Shown piece after piece: positions 18,842 through 29,238 of a DNA stretch of 64,000 nucleotides. Source of the DNA: an uncultured bacterium (GTDB lineage: Bacteria > Chloroflexota > UBA5177 > JANWHV01). The notes under the pieces were generated by a model. It ran no database searches. It was not told the origin of the DNA and was given only the letters and a program-made list of their open reading frames with translations. The stretch lies in the NCBI GenBank assembly GCA_963729625.1, contig CAVSOU010000010.1:1312001-1376000 (forward strand), read 5' to 3'. Numbering within the stretch: position 1 is the stretch's first letter; each line of letters opens with the position of its first letter. A program made the position numbers and the translations under genes.

Positions 18842-21800
18842 ATGATTCGCTGGTTCCATCTGTGCGCGGCGCTACTGCTGATAGCGGCGCCGATGTCCGC
18901 TCCGATCCGCGGCGCGCGTGCCGCAGGCGCCGCAGCGCGACCGTACCTCTACGGCTCTGTACGTTCGAAGCCATCGCCCCCGTCGCTGCGGTTGAGCGTC
19001 CAGCCGCCACAGGTCAAGGTCGGACGCGACGTGCTGCTCGCGATCCACGTATCCAACACAGCGGGAAAGGCGGTCTCAGGGGCGCTCGTGACGATCACCG
19101 GCGTCAACAGGCCGGCAGTCGGCAGTACGCGTGGCGGCATTGTTTCCCTGGTCGTGCATGCTGGAACAGTAGGAAGTGCGCTGGTGCAGGTGAGTCACGC
19201 CGGCTACACCCCGCTTACCGCCCGCCTACCAATAGTATCGGGACCGCCTGCGACAGTGGCCGCGGTCAAGGCAGGGATCAGTGTGCTGGCGCCCAAAGCC
19301 AAGCCGGTGCTCGGAAGGGTCGGTACCGACCTTCTGGATCAGTACCATGCTTTGACCGGATCGGGTCAATACGCCTCCATTGCGCTGCGCGATGGATCGC
19401 TGGTCGACCTGAGCACCAATACCGACGTCGCGATCAAAGACCCGCTGCATATGACGCTCACAGGCGGCGAGCTGTTTCTGGAAGTTGTCCATGGAGCGGC
19501 TAGCCATAACATACAAGTAGGCACGGCGGTGGCCTCCACAAAGGGCACAAGGCTTGACGTCCGCGTGGACCGCAAGACCAAAGCCATCGTGGTCACTGTG
19601 ATCGAGGGAAAAGTTCAGGTAAGCAACCGGAAATCTACGGTGCTGATCGGAGCCGGACGCCAGACTGTTGTACCGCGCAACGGGCCACCGGGTCCGCCGA
19701 AACCGGCAAATCTGAGCGCTATCTTGTCCTGGATCAAGAAGCTTCCAAACACGACGGCTGCCACCGTTCCACCTGTTCTCAACGTACCGAACCCGCCACC
19801 CGCACGTGTGACGCTGCCGCCCACCCGCCTGCCGCCTACGATGACCGCGACAAATCCGGCACAGGCTACCTGGTCCGGAGTCGTCTCGGTCCCGGGCAAT
19901 ATCGACGTGCCCGCGGGCTCCAGCCTTACCATTCAACCTGGAACCGTGGTGCAAATCGCCGGCAACGCCGGGCTGAATGTGCAGGGCACGCTGCTGGCGC
20001 AGGGTACAGCTGCGAAACCGATCATCTTCACCAGCGCTGCGGACCGGCCGAAGCCAGGCGACTGGCAGTACATTTCCCTCGACCAACCGAGTGCAAGTGG
20101 TAGCCGTCTGGATTACGTGCAGATGTTCTACGGCAGCTGGACCGGCGGAGACGACGGCATGCTCTCGGTCACCGGCGGCGCAGCTCCAATGATCAGCAAC
20201 AGTGTCTTTGCCCAGGCGACTCAAATCGGAGTGTGGTCGGACGACAACAGCCGCCCCACCATCAGCGACTGCGTTTTCGCGGGCGACGGCGCAGCCGCCA
20301 TATCGGTGTCCGCCGAAGGCGCCGGTCTCATTAGCGGTACCCGACTCGGCCAGGGCCAGCGCGGAATCGAGATTCGTGACACGGCAGTCACGCACGACAC
20401 CGTGTGGCACCGGCAGGACGCGCCCATTGTGCTCGATGGCGCTACGGTTAATGCCGGTGCTGCTCTGACTATCGAGCCCGGCTCGGTTATTCGCATGGCG
20501 CAAGGCGCCGCATTGCACGACCAGGGCACGCTTCTGGCACAGGGTACGGCCGCGGCGCCAATCATCGTAACGAGTAATGCCGCCAACCCGGCACCGGGTG
20601 ACTGGCAGTATGTCGCCATCGACGGGCCCGCCGCGAGCGGCAGCCGGATGGACTACGTGCAGATGTTCTATGGCAGCTGGAAAGGCAGCGACATCGGCAT
20701 GCTGTCGGTCACCGGAGGCGCTACGCCGGGAATCGGCAACAGCGTGTTCGCGCAGGCCACGCGACACGGCGTGTGGGCCGACGATAGCAGCAGACCCACG
20801 CTCAGCAACTGCATATTTGCCGGCGACGCGTCGTCCGCGATCTTGGTGCCTGCCGACGACGGGACCCTGGTCACCGGCACGACGCTTGGACCCGGCCAGT
20901 CTGGGATCGAGTTGCGGGGCACGGCAATTACGCATGGAGGCACATGGCATCGTCAGAGCGCTCCGTACATCCTTGACGGCGGCGTTCTGGACGCCAACGT
21001 GAGCCTGACCGTCGAGCCCGGAACGCTGCTGGAAATGGCCAGCGGAGCTGCATTCCTCGTGCAGGGAACGCTCATGGCCCAGGGCACGACCGCAGCACCG
21101 ATCATCGTAACGAGCAGTTCCGGCAGCCCGGCGCCGGGTAACTGGCAGTATTTCGCCATCGACGGACCGGCCGCGAGCGGCAGCCGGATGGACTACGTGC
21201 AGATGTTCTACGGCAGTTGGAACGGCCGCGACCACGGCATGCTGTCGATCACTGGAGGCGCTGCGCCGGAAATCGGCCACAGCGTGTTCGCGCAGGCCAC
21301 CCGGAACGGCCTTTGGGCCGACGATACCAGCAGACCCACGCTCAGCAACTGCATATTTGCCGGCGACGCGTCGTCTGCAGTCTCGGTGCCGGCCGACGAC
21401 GGCACCGCGATCGGCGGCACGGCACTGACAGCAGGACAGCGTGGGATTGAGCTACGTGATACGGCCATCACTCATGATGGGACGTGGAGCGCGCAGGCGG
21501 CGCCGTTTATTCTGGACGGTGGCGTGCTGTCCACAGGGGTGACCGTGACAGTTGAGCCGGGCGTCTTCGTCCAGATGGCAGACGGAGCGGCATTCCGCAT
21601 CCAGGGCAGCTTGATCGCGGTCGGTACGGCCGCGAACCCGATTGTGATCACGAGTGTGAATGCGACCCCGGCGCCCGGAATGTGGAAATACATCGCCATC
21701 GAAGGCGCGGGTGCAGACGGCACGCGGCTCAACTATGTGCAGATATATTACGGAAGCCGGAACCGTGGCGACAACGGCATGCTCTCTATAACTGGAGGTG

Positions 21801-22003
21801 CCAGCCCGAGTATCCAGAACAGCCTTTTCGCGCAGGCGAGTGCGGTCGGGATCTGGGCGGACGACTTGAGCAGGCCGGCAGTAGCCTTGTGCACCTTTCA
21901 GCAGCTTGGCGGACCCGCGATGTCCATTCCAAAAGCGGACGCCGCACGCGTGCATGACAATCGCGTCGCTGCCGGCGTTCAGCCCATCGAGATCAGGGGC
22001 TAG
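18842..22003 (+). CDS. Secreted FecR-domain protein with Ig-like domain and four beta-helix units (paralog 2)
   Basis: GGAGG then ATG (MIRWFHLCAALLL); same FecR motifs as paralog 1; four ~180-aa units. The ORF-track extension to 17516 is the antisense shadow of the GH99 gene. Confidence 0.87.
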   Translation: MIRWFHLCAALLLIAAPMSAPIRGARAAGAAARPYLYGSVRSKPSPPSLRLSVQPPQVKVGRDVLLAIHVSNTAGKAVSGALVTITGVNRPAVGSTRGGIVSLVVHAGTVGSALVQVSHAGYTPLTARLPIVSGPPATVAAVKAGISVLAPKAKPVLGRVGTDLLDQYHALTGSGQYASIALRDGSLVDLSTNTDVAIKDPLHMTLTGGELFLEVVHGAASHNIQVGTAVASTKGTRLDVRVDRKTKAIVVTVIEGKVQVSNRKSTVLIGAGRQTVVPRNGPPGPPKPANLSAILSWIKKLPNTTAATVPPVLNVPNPPPARVTLPPTRLPPTMTATNPAQATWSGVVSVPGNIDVPAGSSLTIQPGTVVQIAGNAGLNVQGTLLAQGTAAKPIIFTSAADRPKPGDWQYISLDQPSASGSRLDYVQMFYGSWTGGDDGMLSVTGGAAPMISNSVFAQATQIGVWSDDNSRPTISDCVFAGDGAAAISVSAEGAGLISGTRLGQGQRGIEIRDTAVTHDTVWHRQDAPIVLDGATVNAGAALTIEPGSVIRMAQGAALHDQGTLLAQGTAAAPIIVTSNAANPAPGDWQYVAIDGPAASGSRMDYVQMFYGSWKGSDIGMLSVTGGATPGIGNSVFAQATRHGVWADDSSRPTLSNCIFAGDASSAILVPADDGTLVTGTTLGPGQSGIELRGTAITHGGTWHRQSAPYILDGGVLDANVSLTVEPGTLLEMASGAAFLVQGTLMAQGTTAAPIIVTSSSGSPAPGNWQYFAIDGPAASGSRMDYVQMFYGSWNGRDHGMLSITGGAAPEIGHSVFAQATRNGLWADDTSRPTLSNCIFAGDASSAVSVPADDGTAIGGTALTAGQRGIELRDTAITHDGTWSAQAAPFILDGGVLSTGVTVTVEPGVFVQMADGAAFRIQGSLIAVGTAANPIVITSVNATPAPGMWKYIAIEGAGADGTRLNYVQIYYGSRNRGDNGMLSITGGASPSIQNSLFAQASAVGIWADDLSRPAVALCTFQQLGGPAMSIPKADAARVHDNRVAAGVQPIEIRG

Positions 22004-22284
22004 AGTGTTCCATCTTCCCGCGTCGGACTTTCACATCGCTCCGCTCGGCGCACGCATCCGTCGTGGCCGTCCTGATCAACCGTACCGCCGGAGCCCTTTT
22101 TCGAGTGCTTACCCTGTGAGCTCGCCTGCCTGGTGCAAAGTTCGCGTGGAGCGCCCGGCCAGAAGCGGTCAGTCGAGCGTGGTCGTCAGCGCATGGCCAA
22201 CGCCGCCGTGATGCCGGCCTTCGGCCCCGGTGGCATCGCGAAGGATGAGATCGAGTGGGCAGGGCACCGGCCTCATAGCGACCA

Positions 22285-23040
22285 CTACTGAAGGATGCGG
22301 TCGACCAGGCGATTGAACGTCGCGGTTACGGGCAGATCCGGATACTTCACGGTGAAAACGCCACCGCTGGCGAGGGTCATGATCTCATCCGAGTGCGGGA
22401 ACACGGCAGCCACTTCACTGCTATACGTTTCTTGCACGCGCATCCGAACCGACTCGGCATCGAGGCTGGGCGGACACTTGTTCACGACGAGCAACAGCAA
22501 CGGGACGCTTAGCTTGCGCGCCACTTGCACGGTCACCCCGGTACCCTGATAGTCCTGCAAGTCTGGTCGCAGCACGATCAGCAGCACGTCGGAAATGGCG
22601 ATGGACAGCAGTGTCTCCTCGTTGAGGCCAGGGTGCGTATCGATAATCAGCGTGTCCAGCTTCAAATCGCGTACCAGGGCGTTGAACCCGTCGTTTAGCA
22701 ATCCAACGTCGTATCCCTCGCGCAAGATGCGAGCAATGTTGTTTGCCTGCACGCTGGCCGGCACCAGGAAGACGCGGCCGGGCAAATCCCCGGCTACCGT
22801 GTTCGTTACGTCATATGCGGCGTCCTTGATCTCGCACTTGCCCCACAGATAGTCGTTGAGGACGGGGCCGGCCGGATCCTGCGACATGCCGAACAGCACG
22901 TGGATACCGGGCGACATGATATCTGTGTCAACGATGCCCACACGCTGTCCACGTACAGCCAACAATGCCGCCAGATTCGCCGACGTATTCGACTTCCCAG
23001 TGCCCCCGCGGTAGCTATGAACCGAAATAATACGCGCCAT
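22285..23040 (-). CDS. MinD/ParA-family ATPase
   Basis: ISVHSYRGGTGKSN (deviant Walker A), IVDTDI..PG, IIDTHPGL, VVNK. Confidence 0.9.
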   Translation of the reverse strand: MARIISVHSYRGGTGKSNTSANLAALLAVRGQRVGIVDTDIMSPGIHVLFGMSQDPAGPVLNDYLWGKCEIKDAAYDVTNTVAGDLPGRVFLVPASVQANNIARILREGYDVGLLNDGFNALVRDLKLDTLIIDTHPGLNEETLLSIAISDVLLIVLRPDLQDYQGTGVTVQVARKLSVPLLLLVVNKCPPSLDAESVRMRVQETYSSEVAAVFPHSDEIMTLASGGVFTVKYPDLPVTATFNRLVDRILQ

Positions 23041-23070
23041 ATGTATTCCTCTCTTCGTGCAGTCCGGGTG

Positions 23071-23499
23071 CTATGCAGACGACTTTGGACGATGCACGAC
23101 GACAATGTTCCGGTTTCCCTCCGCGGTCCGCTCGTAGCGGAGCTCATCGGTGCCGCGAAGGGCCAGGAACACCCCGAGACCACCGATCTCACGCTCTTCC
23201 AAGGGCCGGTCCAAGTCGTCGGGCGACTGTGCTTCATGCGGGTCGAAAGGCTCAGCCTTGTCCTCGAGGCAGAGGCGCAACTCCGCCTCGTCAAGTTCCG
23301 CCCACATAGCGATCGGCCCTTGTCGGTTCGCCCCGGCATAGCCGTGTACGACAATGTTCGTGGCAATCTCGTCAACCGCAAGGCGCAATTGATATGAAGC
23401 CTTCCTGTCCAAACCGGCATCAGCCGCTGCGCGCAGCACGAACTGGCCGATATCCGCCAGCGATTCCAGGGTGCCAGGGACGGTCAGACGGTCCACCAT
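23071..23499 (-). CDS. RsbW/SpoIIAB-type anti-sigma kinase (GHKL)
   Basis: LAVDEIATNIVVHGY, ED...FDP, GGLGVFL, Y.R..GN. Confidence 0.92.
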   Translation of the reverse strand: MVDRLTVPGTLESLADIGQFVLRAAADAGLDRKASYQLRLAVDEIATNIVVHGYAGANRQGPIAMWAELDEAELRLCLEDKAEPFDPHEAQSPDDLDRPLEEREIGGLGVFLALRGTDELRYERTAEGNRNIVVVHRPKSSA

Positions 23500-23561
23500 T
23501 CTCTCCTTTGAAACCTGTTGTCTCTAGTCGCTGCCCGATCGGTCAGCGCCAGCACGCAACT

Positions 23562-24488
23562 TCAAGTGATTGCGAACGGTTCTTCCGTCGTCGACCGGCG
23601 CACTGCCAGCATCGTGATGTCGTCGAACTGCACCGCGGTGCCGATATGCGCGGTTAGATGAGCATGGACGCTCGACACCAGCTCTTTCGCCGAAGCCGGC
23701 ATCGGACTGTTGATGATCGATCGCAGTCTCGCTTCGGTGAAAAACGCGCCTGTGACATCTCGCGCCTCTGGCACACCATCGGTGAAGGCCAGCAACATGT
23801 CTCCAGGCGCAAATGTGACCTGCTGGATCGCAAAATCCACGTCCGGGACCATGCCGACTGCGGGTCCCGTTGGCGTAAGGCGCTGCTTCACGCCCGACTC
23901 GTTGAACAACCAGGGCGGGCAATGGCCGCCATTGATGTACGTCAGCACGCCGGACCCAGGGTCTAGCACGCCGAAGAACATGGTGGCAAACATGCTTGTG
24001 TCGCCATGATTCGTGATAATGTAGTTGTTGGTCAGCGTCATGGCGTTCTTCAGTGCGGTCGTGCCTGTGGAGGGGATGCCGCGGCGCCTGTCCGCGACCG
24101 GGCTACTGAGGAAGTCCGACTCTTCGTCGCCCATCCAGCGCAGCGAATAGTGCTGCTGAGCAAAGGCGCGAATGAGGCTGCGGAAAAGTGCCATAAACAG
24201 CGCCGCCCCTACCCCCTTGTCGCACACGTCGGCAATCACCAGGCCGAGCCGCCGGCCCTGGTTGAGCGGAAACGCATCGTAGAAATCGCCCGCTACCTCG
24301 CGCGCCGGCTCGAACTCCGCGGCAAGCTCCCAGCCCGGCACCTGCGGCAGCGTCTTGGGCAGAAAGCTGAGCTGAATATCGCGCCCGATCTGTATGTCAC
24401 GCTCGAGCTTGAGCAGCACCTCCTCGCGCTTGGCGTTGGCTGTGCTCTGCTGCCCAGCATCATCCTCTATCATGCAGTGGTTCTCCAT
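23562..24488 (-). CDS. PP2C phosphatase (SpoIIE/RsbU family) without a sensory domain
   Basis: IQLSFLP, EVAGDFYD, IADVCDKGVGAAL, MFATMFFG, INGGH, FTDGV.EA, QFDDIT. Confidence 0.93.
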   Translation of the reverse strand: MENHCMIEDDAGQQSTANAKREEVLLKLERDIQIGRDIQLSFLPKTLPQVPGWELAAEFEPAREVAGDFYDAFPLNQGRRLGLVIADVCDKGVGAALFMALFRSLIRAFAQQHYSLRWMGDEESDFLSSPVADRRRGIPSTGTTALKNAMTLTNNYIITNHGDTSMFATMFFGVLDPGSGVLTYINGGHCPPWLFNESGVKQRLTPTGPAVGMVPDVDFAIQQVTFAPGDMLLAFTDGVPEARDVTGAFFTEARLRSIINSPMPASAKELVSSVHAHLTAHIGTAVQFDDITMLAVRRSTTEEPFAIT

Positions 24489-24512
24489 CCCTGAGCTTGT
24501 GTTCGGACAGGC

Positions 24513-24827
24513 TCAGTAGGTGTCGACAATGGAGACACTGTGCTGGAAGCCTGTCATCTCCAGCGTGTCCCTCACGCCGTCTTGCAGGCCCACGAGCACG
24601 ACTTCCACCGAGCCACCCATCTTTTGCTTTGCAAAGATCAAGCCGCGCAAACCGGCGCTGGCCATGTATGACAGGCCGGACATAAAGATGACCAGCTTGC
24701 TCACGTGCGCGCCGGCCGCTTCCTCGACCTTCTCCCGAAACGCGGGAGCTACGCTAGCGTCAAGCTCGCCTTCCAAGGTGATCCGTGCTTCGTCCCCTTC
24801 GATCGTGAGCGTTGCATTGAAGGCCAT
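24513..24827 (-). CDS. STAS anti-sigma-factor antagonist
   Basis: LEGELDA..LSYMASAGLR..V.DTLEMTGF; RBS GGAG before MAFNAT. Confidence 0.92.
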   Translation of the reverse strand: MAFNATLTIEGDEARITLEGELDASVAPAFREKVEEAAGAHVSKLVIFMSGLSYMASAGLRGLIFAKQKMGGSVEVVLVGLQDGVRDTLEMTGFQHSVSIVDTY

Positions 24828-24869
24828 GTCCTGCTCCATTCCACATGCGAGCGCAGTCAATTGAGCTGA

Positions 24870-26996
24870 CTAGCGCCCAACCAAGATACAAACCGAGCGA
24901 TCGCTAAGGACCATAGCGTGCTGGTCGCTCAGCACGGGCTCGGCGCCAAGCTCCCAAACGTCATCGGGTGCAGCCACGCCGGTGTTGGCGAATACGTGCC
25001 AGGCACAGCCTTCGGGCAGTCCCGGCAACTCGAACACGTGGGATTCCCAGTGCATGTTCATTGCCACGTAGACAAAGTCATCCCGTTCGGTGCCGCCTCG
25101 CGCGTGATGTCCATCCAAGAGAAAGGCCAGCGTGCGACTCGTGCCGGACCAATCCGCGTTCCACGCCTGGGTGCCATGCCAGGTGATGTCGGAATAGCCG
25201 CTGCCTACGTAGTCGCGGTTGGAGAAGTGGTACTGGTTGCGCAGCACGGAATGTGCATGGCGGAAGTGGATGCAGGCTCGGCAGAAACGGAGGAGGCCCG
25301 CGTTGCTTTCAACCTGGCGCCAGTCCAGCCAGCTCAACTCGGAGTCGTGGCAATAGGCATTGTTGTTGCCTTGTTGGCTCCGCCCGATCTCATCGCCCAT
25401 CAAGATCATCGGCACGCCCTGACTCGTCAACAGCATCGCCAGCGCGTTCTTGATCTGTTTCTGACGCAGGAAATTGATCCCGGGATCGTCCGTCCATCCT
25501 TCTGCGCCGCAGTTCCAACTGTGGTTATCGTCAGTGCCGTCGTTGTTGAACTCGCCGTTGGCAGAGTTGTGCTTTTCGTTGAACGAGACCAGATCGGCGA
25601 GTGTGAAACCGTCGTGGCAGGTGATGAAGTTGACGGAGGCCGCGGCACCGCGCCCAAGCGCCTCGTAGAGATCCGGCGACCCTTGCAGCCGCTGACCCAT
25701 GTCGCCTACCACACCCTCATCACCTTTGAGGAAACGGCGCAGCGTGTCCCGGTACTTGCCGTTCCACTCGGCCCAGCGACCGAAGGCCGGGAAGCTGCCC
25801 ACCTGGTACAGTCCGCCGGCATCCCAGGCTTCGGCGATGAGCTTGCACTTTGCCAGCACCGGGTCGTAGGCCAGGGTCTCCAGCAACGGCGGGTTGGAGA
25901 GCGGCGCGCCGTTCTGGTCCCGTCCCAGAATCGCCGCGAGGTCGAAGCGAAAGCCATCGATGTGATACTCTGAGGCCCAATAGCGAAGGCAATCAAGAAC
26001 CATGTTGCGCACAATGGGATTGTTGCAATTGAGCGTGTTGCCCGTGCCACTGAAATTGAAGTAGTAGCCTTCGGGCGTCAGCATGTAGTAGGTCTTGTTG
26101 TCGATGCCTCGGAACGAGATGGTCGGACCGCGCTCGTTGCCCTCGGCAGTATGGTTGAACACCACGTCGAGGAACACTTCGATACCGGCGCGGTGGAGAT
26201 CTTTGATAAGCGCCTTCACCTCATCGACTTGCATCCCCAGCTTGCCGGTGGCCGCGTAGCCCGACTTAGGCGCGAAGAAGCCCACGGTGCTGTAGCCCCA
26301 AAAATTGTAAAGCGTCTCCCCTGTCTCCGGCAGCACGCGGCTGCCCTCAAACTCGTCGAACTCATAGATGGGAAGCAGCTCCACACAATTGACCCCGAGC
26401 CCCTTCAGATAGGGGAGCTTCTCGCGGATGGCGGCAAACGTACCGGGGTGTTTGGCGCCCGACGACGGATGCTGCGTGAAGGCGCGTGCGTGCATTTCAT
26501 AGATCACGAGATCCTCGATAGGGATCTCCAAAGGGCGATCGGACTCCCAGTCAAAGTCGTCGTATACCGGCCGCGCACGATGAGGGTAGGCGTCGTTCCA
26601 GTCGGGCTGCTTGCCCCAATGGTCACGGCCCGCGATCGCCTTCGCGTAGGGATCCAACAGGATCTTGGTCGGGTCGAATCGATGGCCCTCGCTCGGCGCG
26701 TATGGCCCTTCCATGCGGTAGCCGTACTCGATAGACTCGGGGTCGAGGTCGAAGACGACCATGGCGAAGACATTGCCGATGCGGAAGGCATCGGGAACTG
26801 GAATCTCCACCAGTGGCTCCGCCGCCCCCTTCTGGAACAGCACGAGCGTGCAGGTTGTCGCGTGGCGCGAATAGATGGAAAAGTTGATCCCGCCCGGTAC
26901 GAGCGTGGCGCCAAAGGGGAAGGGCTTGCCAGGGCGGAGCCGGTAGCCCAGGTGCTCGTGGGTTGGATGGACGTCGATGCGCTCCATAACTGGCAT
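24870..26996 (-). CDS. glgX: Glycogen debranching enzyme (GH13 isoamylase)
   Basis: GKPFPFGAT, LLDPYAK, NFWGYST.GFFAP, LDVVFNHTAEG, DGFRFDLA, LIAEAWD, FITCHDGFTL, QGVPMI.MGDE..QQGNNNAYC. Confidence 0.95.
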   Translation of the reverse strand: MPVMERIDVHPTHEHLGYRLRPGKPFPFGATLVPGGINFSIYSRHATTCTLVLFQKGAAEPLVEIPVPDAFRIGNVFAMVVFDLDPESIEYGYRMEGPYAPSEGHRFDPTKILLDPYAKAIAGRDHWGKQPDWNDAYPHRARPVYDDFDWESDRPLEIPIEDLVIYEMHARAFTQHPSSGAKHPGTFAAIREKLPYLKGLGVNCVELLPIYEFDEFEGSRVLPETGETLYNFWGYSTVGFFAPKSGYAATGKLGMQVDEVKALIKDLHRAGIEVFLDVVFNHTAEGNERGPTISFRGIDNKTYYMLTPEGYYFNFSGTGNTLNCNNPIVRNMVLDCLRYWASEYHIDGFRFDLAAILGRDQNGAPLSNPPLLETLAYDPVLAKCKLIAEAWDAGGLYQVGSFPAFGRWAEWNGKYRDTLRRFLKGDEGVVGDMGQRLQGSPDLYEALGRGAAASVNFITCHDGFTLADLVSFNEKHNSANGEFNNDGTDDNHSWNCGAEGWTDDPGINFLRQKQIKNALAMLLTSQGVPMILMGDEIGRSQQGNNNAYCHDSELSWLDWRQVESNAGLLRFCRACIHFRHAHSVLRNQYHFSNRDYVGSGYSDITWHGTQAWNADWSGTSRTLAFLLDGHHARGGTERDDFVYVAMNMHWESHVFELPGLPEGCAWHVFANTGVAAPDDVWELGAEPVLSDQHAMVLSDRSVCILVGR

Positions 26997-27002
26997 GGCC
27001 GG

Positions 27003-27344
27003 TTACCCCTTTCCCAGCGATGCCAACGCCGCGGCCACGCTCGGGTACGTGGTGAAGAACTCGAGGAACCCGGTCGCGGCCATCGTGTCCTGCAGATCCT
27101 CCGACAAGCCTACCAGGTGCACTGAGCCGCCTTTGGCGGTGGCGGACCGGTGCGCGGACAGCAGCATCCTCAGGCCGGCACTCGACATATACGCGACTCC
27201 CGTCATGTCCAGAATCACGCCCACCCCGGCCACCAATTGCTCCAGGATCCGTGCCTGCGCCACCGGCGCCGTGCTCCCGTCGATGTCGCCTGCAAGCTCC
27301 ACGACGGTCGCACCGTCCACGCTCTTGACCAGAACCTCCATCAT
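27003..27344 (-). CDS. STAS anti-sigma-factor antagonist
   Basis: LAGDIDGSTAP, LDMTGVAYMSSAGLR, TGF..FF; RBS GGAGG. Confidence 0.92.
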   Translation of the reverse strand: MMEVLVKSVDGATVVELAGDIDGSTAPVAQARILEQLVAGVGVILDMTGVAYMSSAGLRMLLSAHRSATAKGGSVHLVGLSEDLQDTMAATGFLEFFTTYPSVAAALASLGKG

Positions 27345-27420
27345 TGCCCTCCAGGCCCATGCACTTGGGCTCCATCCACCTGGGTAGAGACCCGCATCAC
27401 TTGTGCGGCAGCGCTCCGGG

Positions 27421-29238
27421 CTACCGAGTAGGCGTCAGCTGTACCTTTACGCGCACCTGATCGCGCGTGTCCGGCAGGTGCACGGTCAGTGCCTCGGTAT
27501 CAAAGTCGGTGTACGGCTCGTCATCCACCCACACGGCGGTCAGCTTCACGCTGCCCGGCGGCAGGATATCGGGCGAGACGCGGAGCAAATGGCCGGGAAA
27601 CGCATCGGGTAACGGCTTGAAGTAGAGCTCCATGGGCGTCTTGGTGATCAGGAGATTGATGTAGACCGCCGAGAGGTAGCACAACTCCGATGCATGGTAG
27701 AAGCTCATGGAGTGGCTGCCCTTGTAGCGCTCCGTCCCCACCAGATAGGGGATTCCACTGGCCAGCACGTTGAAGTACACACCACCGTCGTCGTGGTCGA
27801 GATGGAAGGCGTTGTAGAACGCGGCGGCCTCACGTGCATGCTTGAGGTTCTCGTCGCCGCCGAATGTGCCTGATAGAATTTGGTAGCACAGGATTGCCTG
27901 CTCCTGCTGCCACCAAGCCTTTCGGTCGTGCCAGGAGAAGCGATGGTACTTCTCACCTGGGGCCAGCGTGCGCTCCACCATGTCGTACCAGCCGCCGCGC
28001 TGTGTGTCGGAGCCGACCGCCGGCATGACGCGCCCGATCTTCTGCGCCAGCTTGGCGTAGCGTTCATGTGGCTGCGCATTGAAGATGCGCGTAAGGTTCC
28101 AGGCTATCTTCAGGTTGTGCCCGACGACCGCACGATCCTGCTGGAAGCCCCAGGTCTTGTCGTGGCTCCAGTCCTCGTAGAACCGCTCCTGGACGAATGG
28201 GCTGTGCTCGTCATCGGGGAAGTACTGTTCGATGCAATCGGCGCAATACTCCAGCATCTTCGCGTAGCGCTCATCCCCCGTGGCGAGCCACAGGTTCACC
28301 AGGTACGCGGGCGCATGGTCGCCCACGGAATTCCAGTTCTTTTTGCCACGATTGCGTCCAAGCGTCTCGCTGCGCGGATCGAGCGTAATCGGGTCAATGT
28401 GCGAGAAGTAACCCTTTCCTTTGTCGTCACGGAAGAACCGGTCAAAGAGGTCCATAGTTGCAACGGCGTCCGCGTGAATCCGAGGATCGCCCGTAATCCT
28501 GTAGGTCTGAATCGGACCTGCCAACGCATATATCTGCTCGTAGGCCGGAATGGCATCGTAGTCATCGCCAAATTCGGACGCGAAGACTTTGTCCTCGCGC
28601 GTGCCATGCACGTCGATGCCGTGATACCAGTACACGATGTTCTCATCTCGGTCGACGAAGCGCATATGTTCGCGCAAGTATTCGGTGCCCTTCTCGGCGC
28701 CCTCCAGGTACTTGTCTTCACCGGTCAGCATGTAGCATGAAGCGAACCCGTACACCATGCGGGAGATGGTGTCTGTCTCCTGCCGGAAGTCATCTTTCTT
28801 CTTGCCGCCGGTCAAACTGATCATCGTGCGGTAGTTGCGATAGTCGATGGGCTCGTCGCCGAATTGCCAGCGCAGATAGCAGTCGCCCACTGAGGCGATT
28901 TGCTTGATCCACCAGTCCGGCTTTTCGAACAGGTACTCCGTAGGTGTGCGGCCGACAAAGATCAAGCGTTTCGCTTCGTAGGAAAGCGTCTCCTCCGGGT
29001 AGAAGCTGCCGTAGGCGAAGAGGAACCGCCCAGGCACCAGCATCCGATTGATCAGGCCGGTGGCATCGGCATAGGGCTCGTCGGCGTTGCGCAGCAGCTC
29101 CGCATAGGCACCGTCGCTGATCTTGACGGGGAACTCTCGGCCGTCGGACGTCTTCAAGCCAAACGTGCGCTGGGCCTCGTCGAATGTTGTGACGTAGCCA
29201 GCGATCGTATCCGAGAAGGTGAAGCTGACGCTATTCAT
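27421..29238 (-). CDS. AGE (N-acylglucosamine 2-epimerase)-family (alpha/alpha)6 protein with extra N- and C-terminal domains
   Basis: AAGGAG then ATG 29238; R.VYGFA..Y..TG..YL..A..G..YL, VGHNLKIAW, GGWY, K.WWQQEQA, D...GG.YF, K..YH..E. Confidence 0.75.
   Translation of the reverse strand: MNSVSFTFSDTIAGYVTTFDEAQRTFGLKTSDGREFPVKISDGAYAELLRNADEPYADATGLINRMLVPGRFLFAYGSFYPEETLSYEAKRLIFVGRTPTEYLFEKPDWWIKQIASVGDCYLRWQFGDEPIDYRNYRTMISLTGGKKKDDFRQETDTISRMVYGFASCYMLTGEDKYLEGAEKGTEYLREHMRFVDRDENIVYWYHGIDVHGTREDKVFASEFGDDYDAIPAYEQIYALAGPIQTYRITGDPRIHADAVATMDLFDRFFRDDKGKGYFSHIDPITLDPRSETLGRNRGKKNWNSVGDHAPAYLVNLWLATGDERYAKMLEYCADCIEQYFPDDEHSPFVQERFYEDWSHDKTWGFQQDRAVVGHNLKIAWNLTRIFNAQPHERYAKLAQKIGRVMPAVGSDTQRGGWYDMVERTLAPGEKYHRFSWHDRKAWWQQEQAILCYQILSGTFGGDENLKHAREAAAFYNAFHLDHDDGGVYFNVLASGIPYLVGTERYKGSHSMSFYHASELCYLSAVYINLLITKTPMELYFKPLPDAFPGHLLRVSPDILPPGSVKLTAVWVDDEPYTDFDTEALTVHLPDTRDQVRVKVQLTPTR

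Noticed and set aside
19226-21280. 684-aa minus-strand ORF and similar long antisense ORFs
   Set aside because: GC-rich shadow frames of real genes, with no recognisable motifs.
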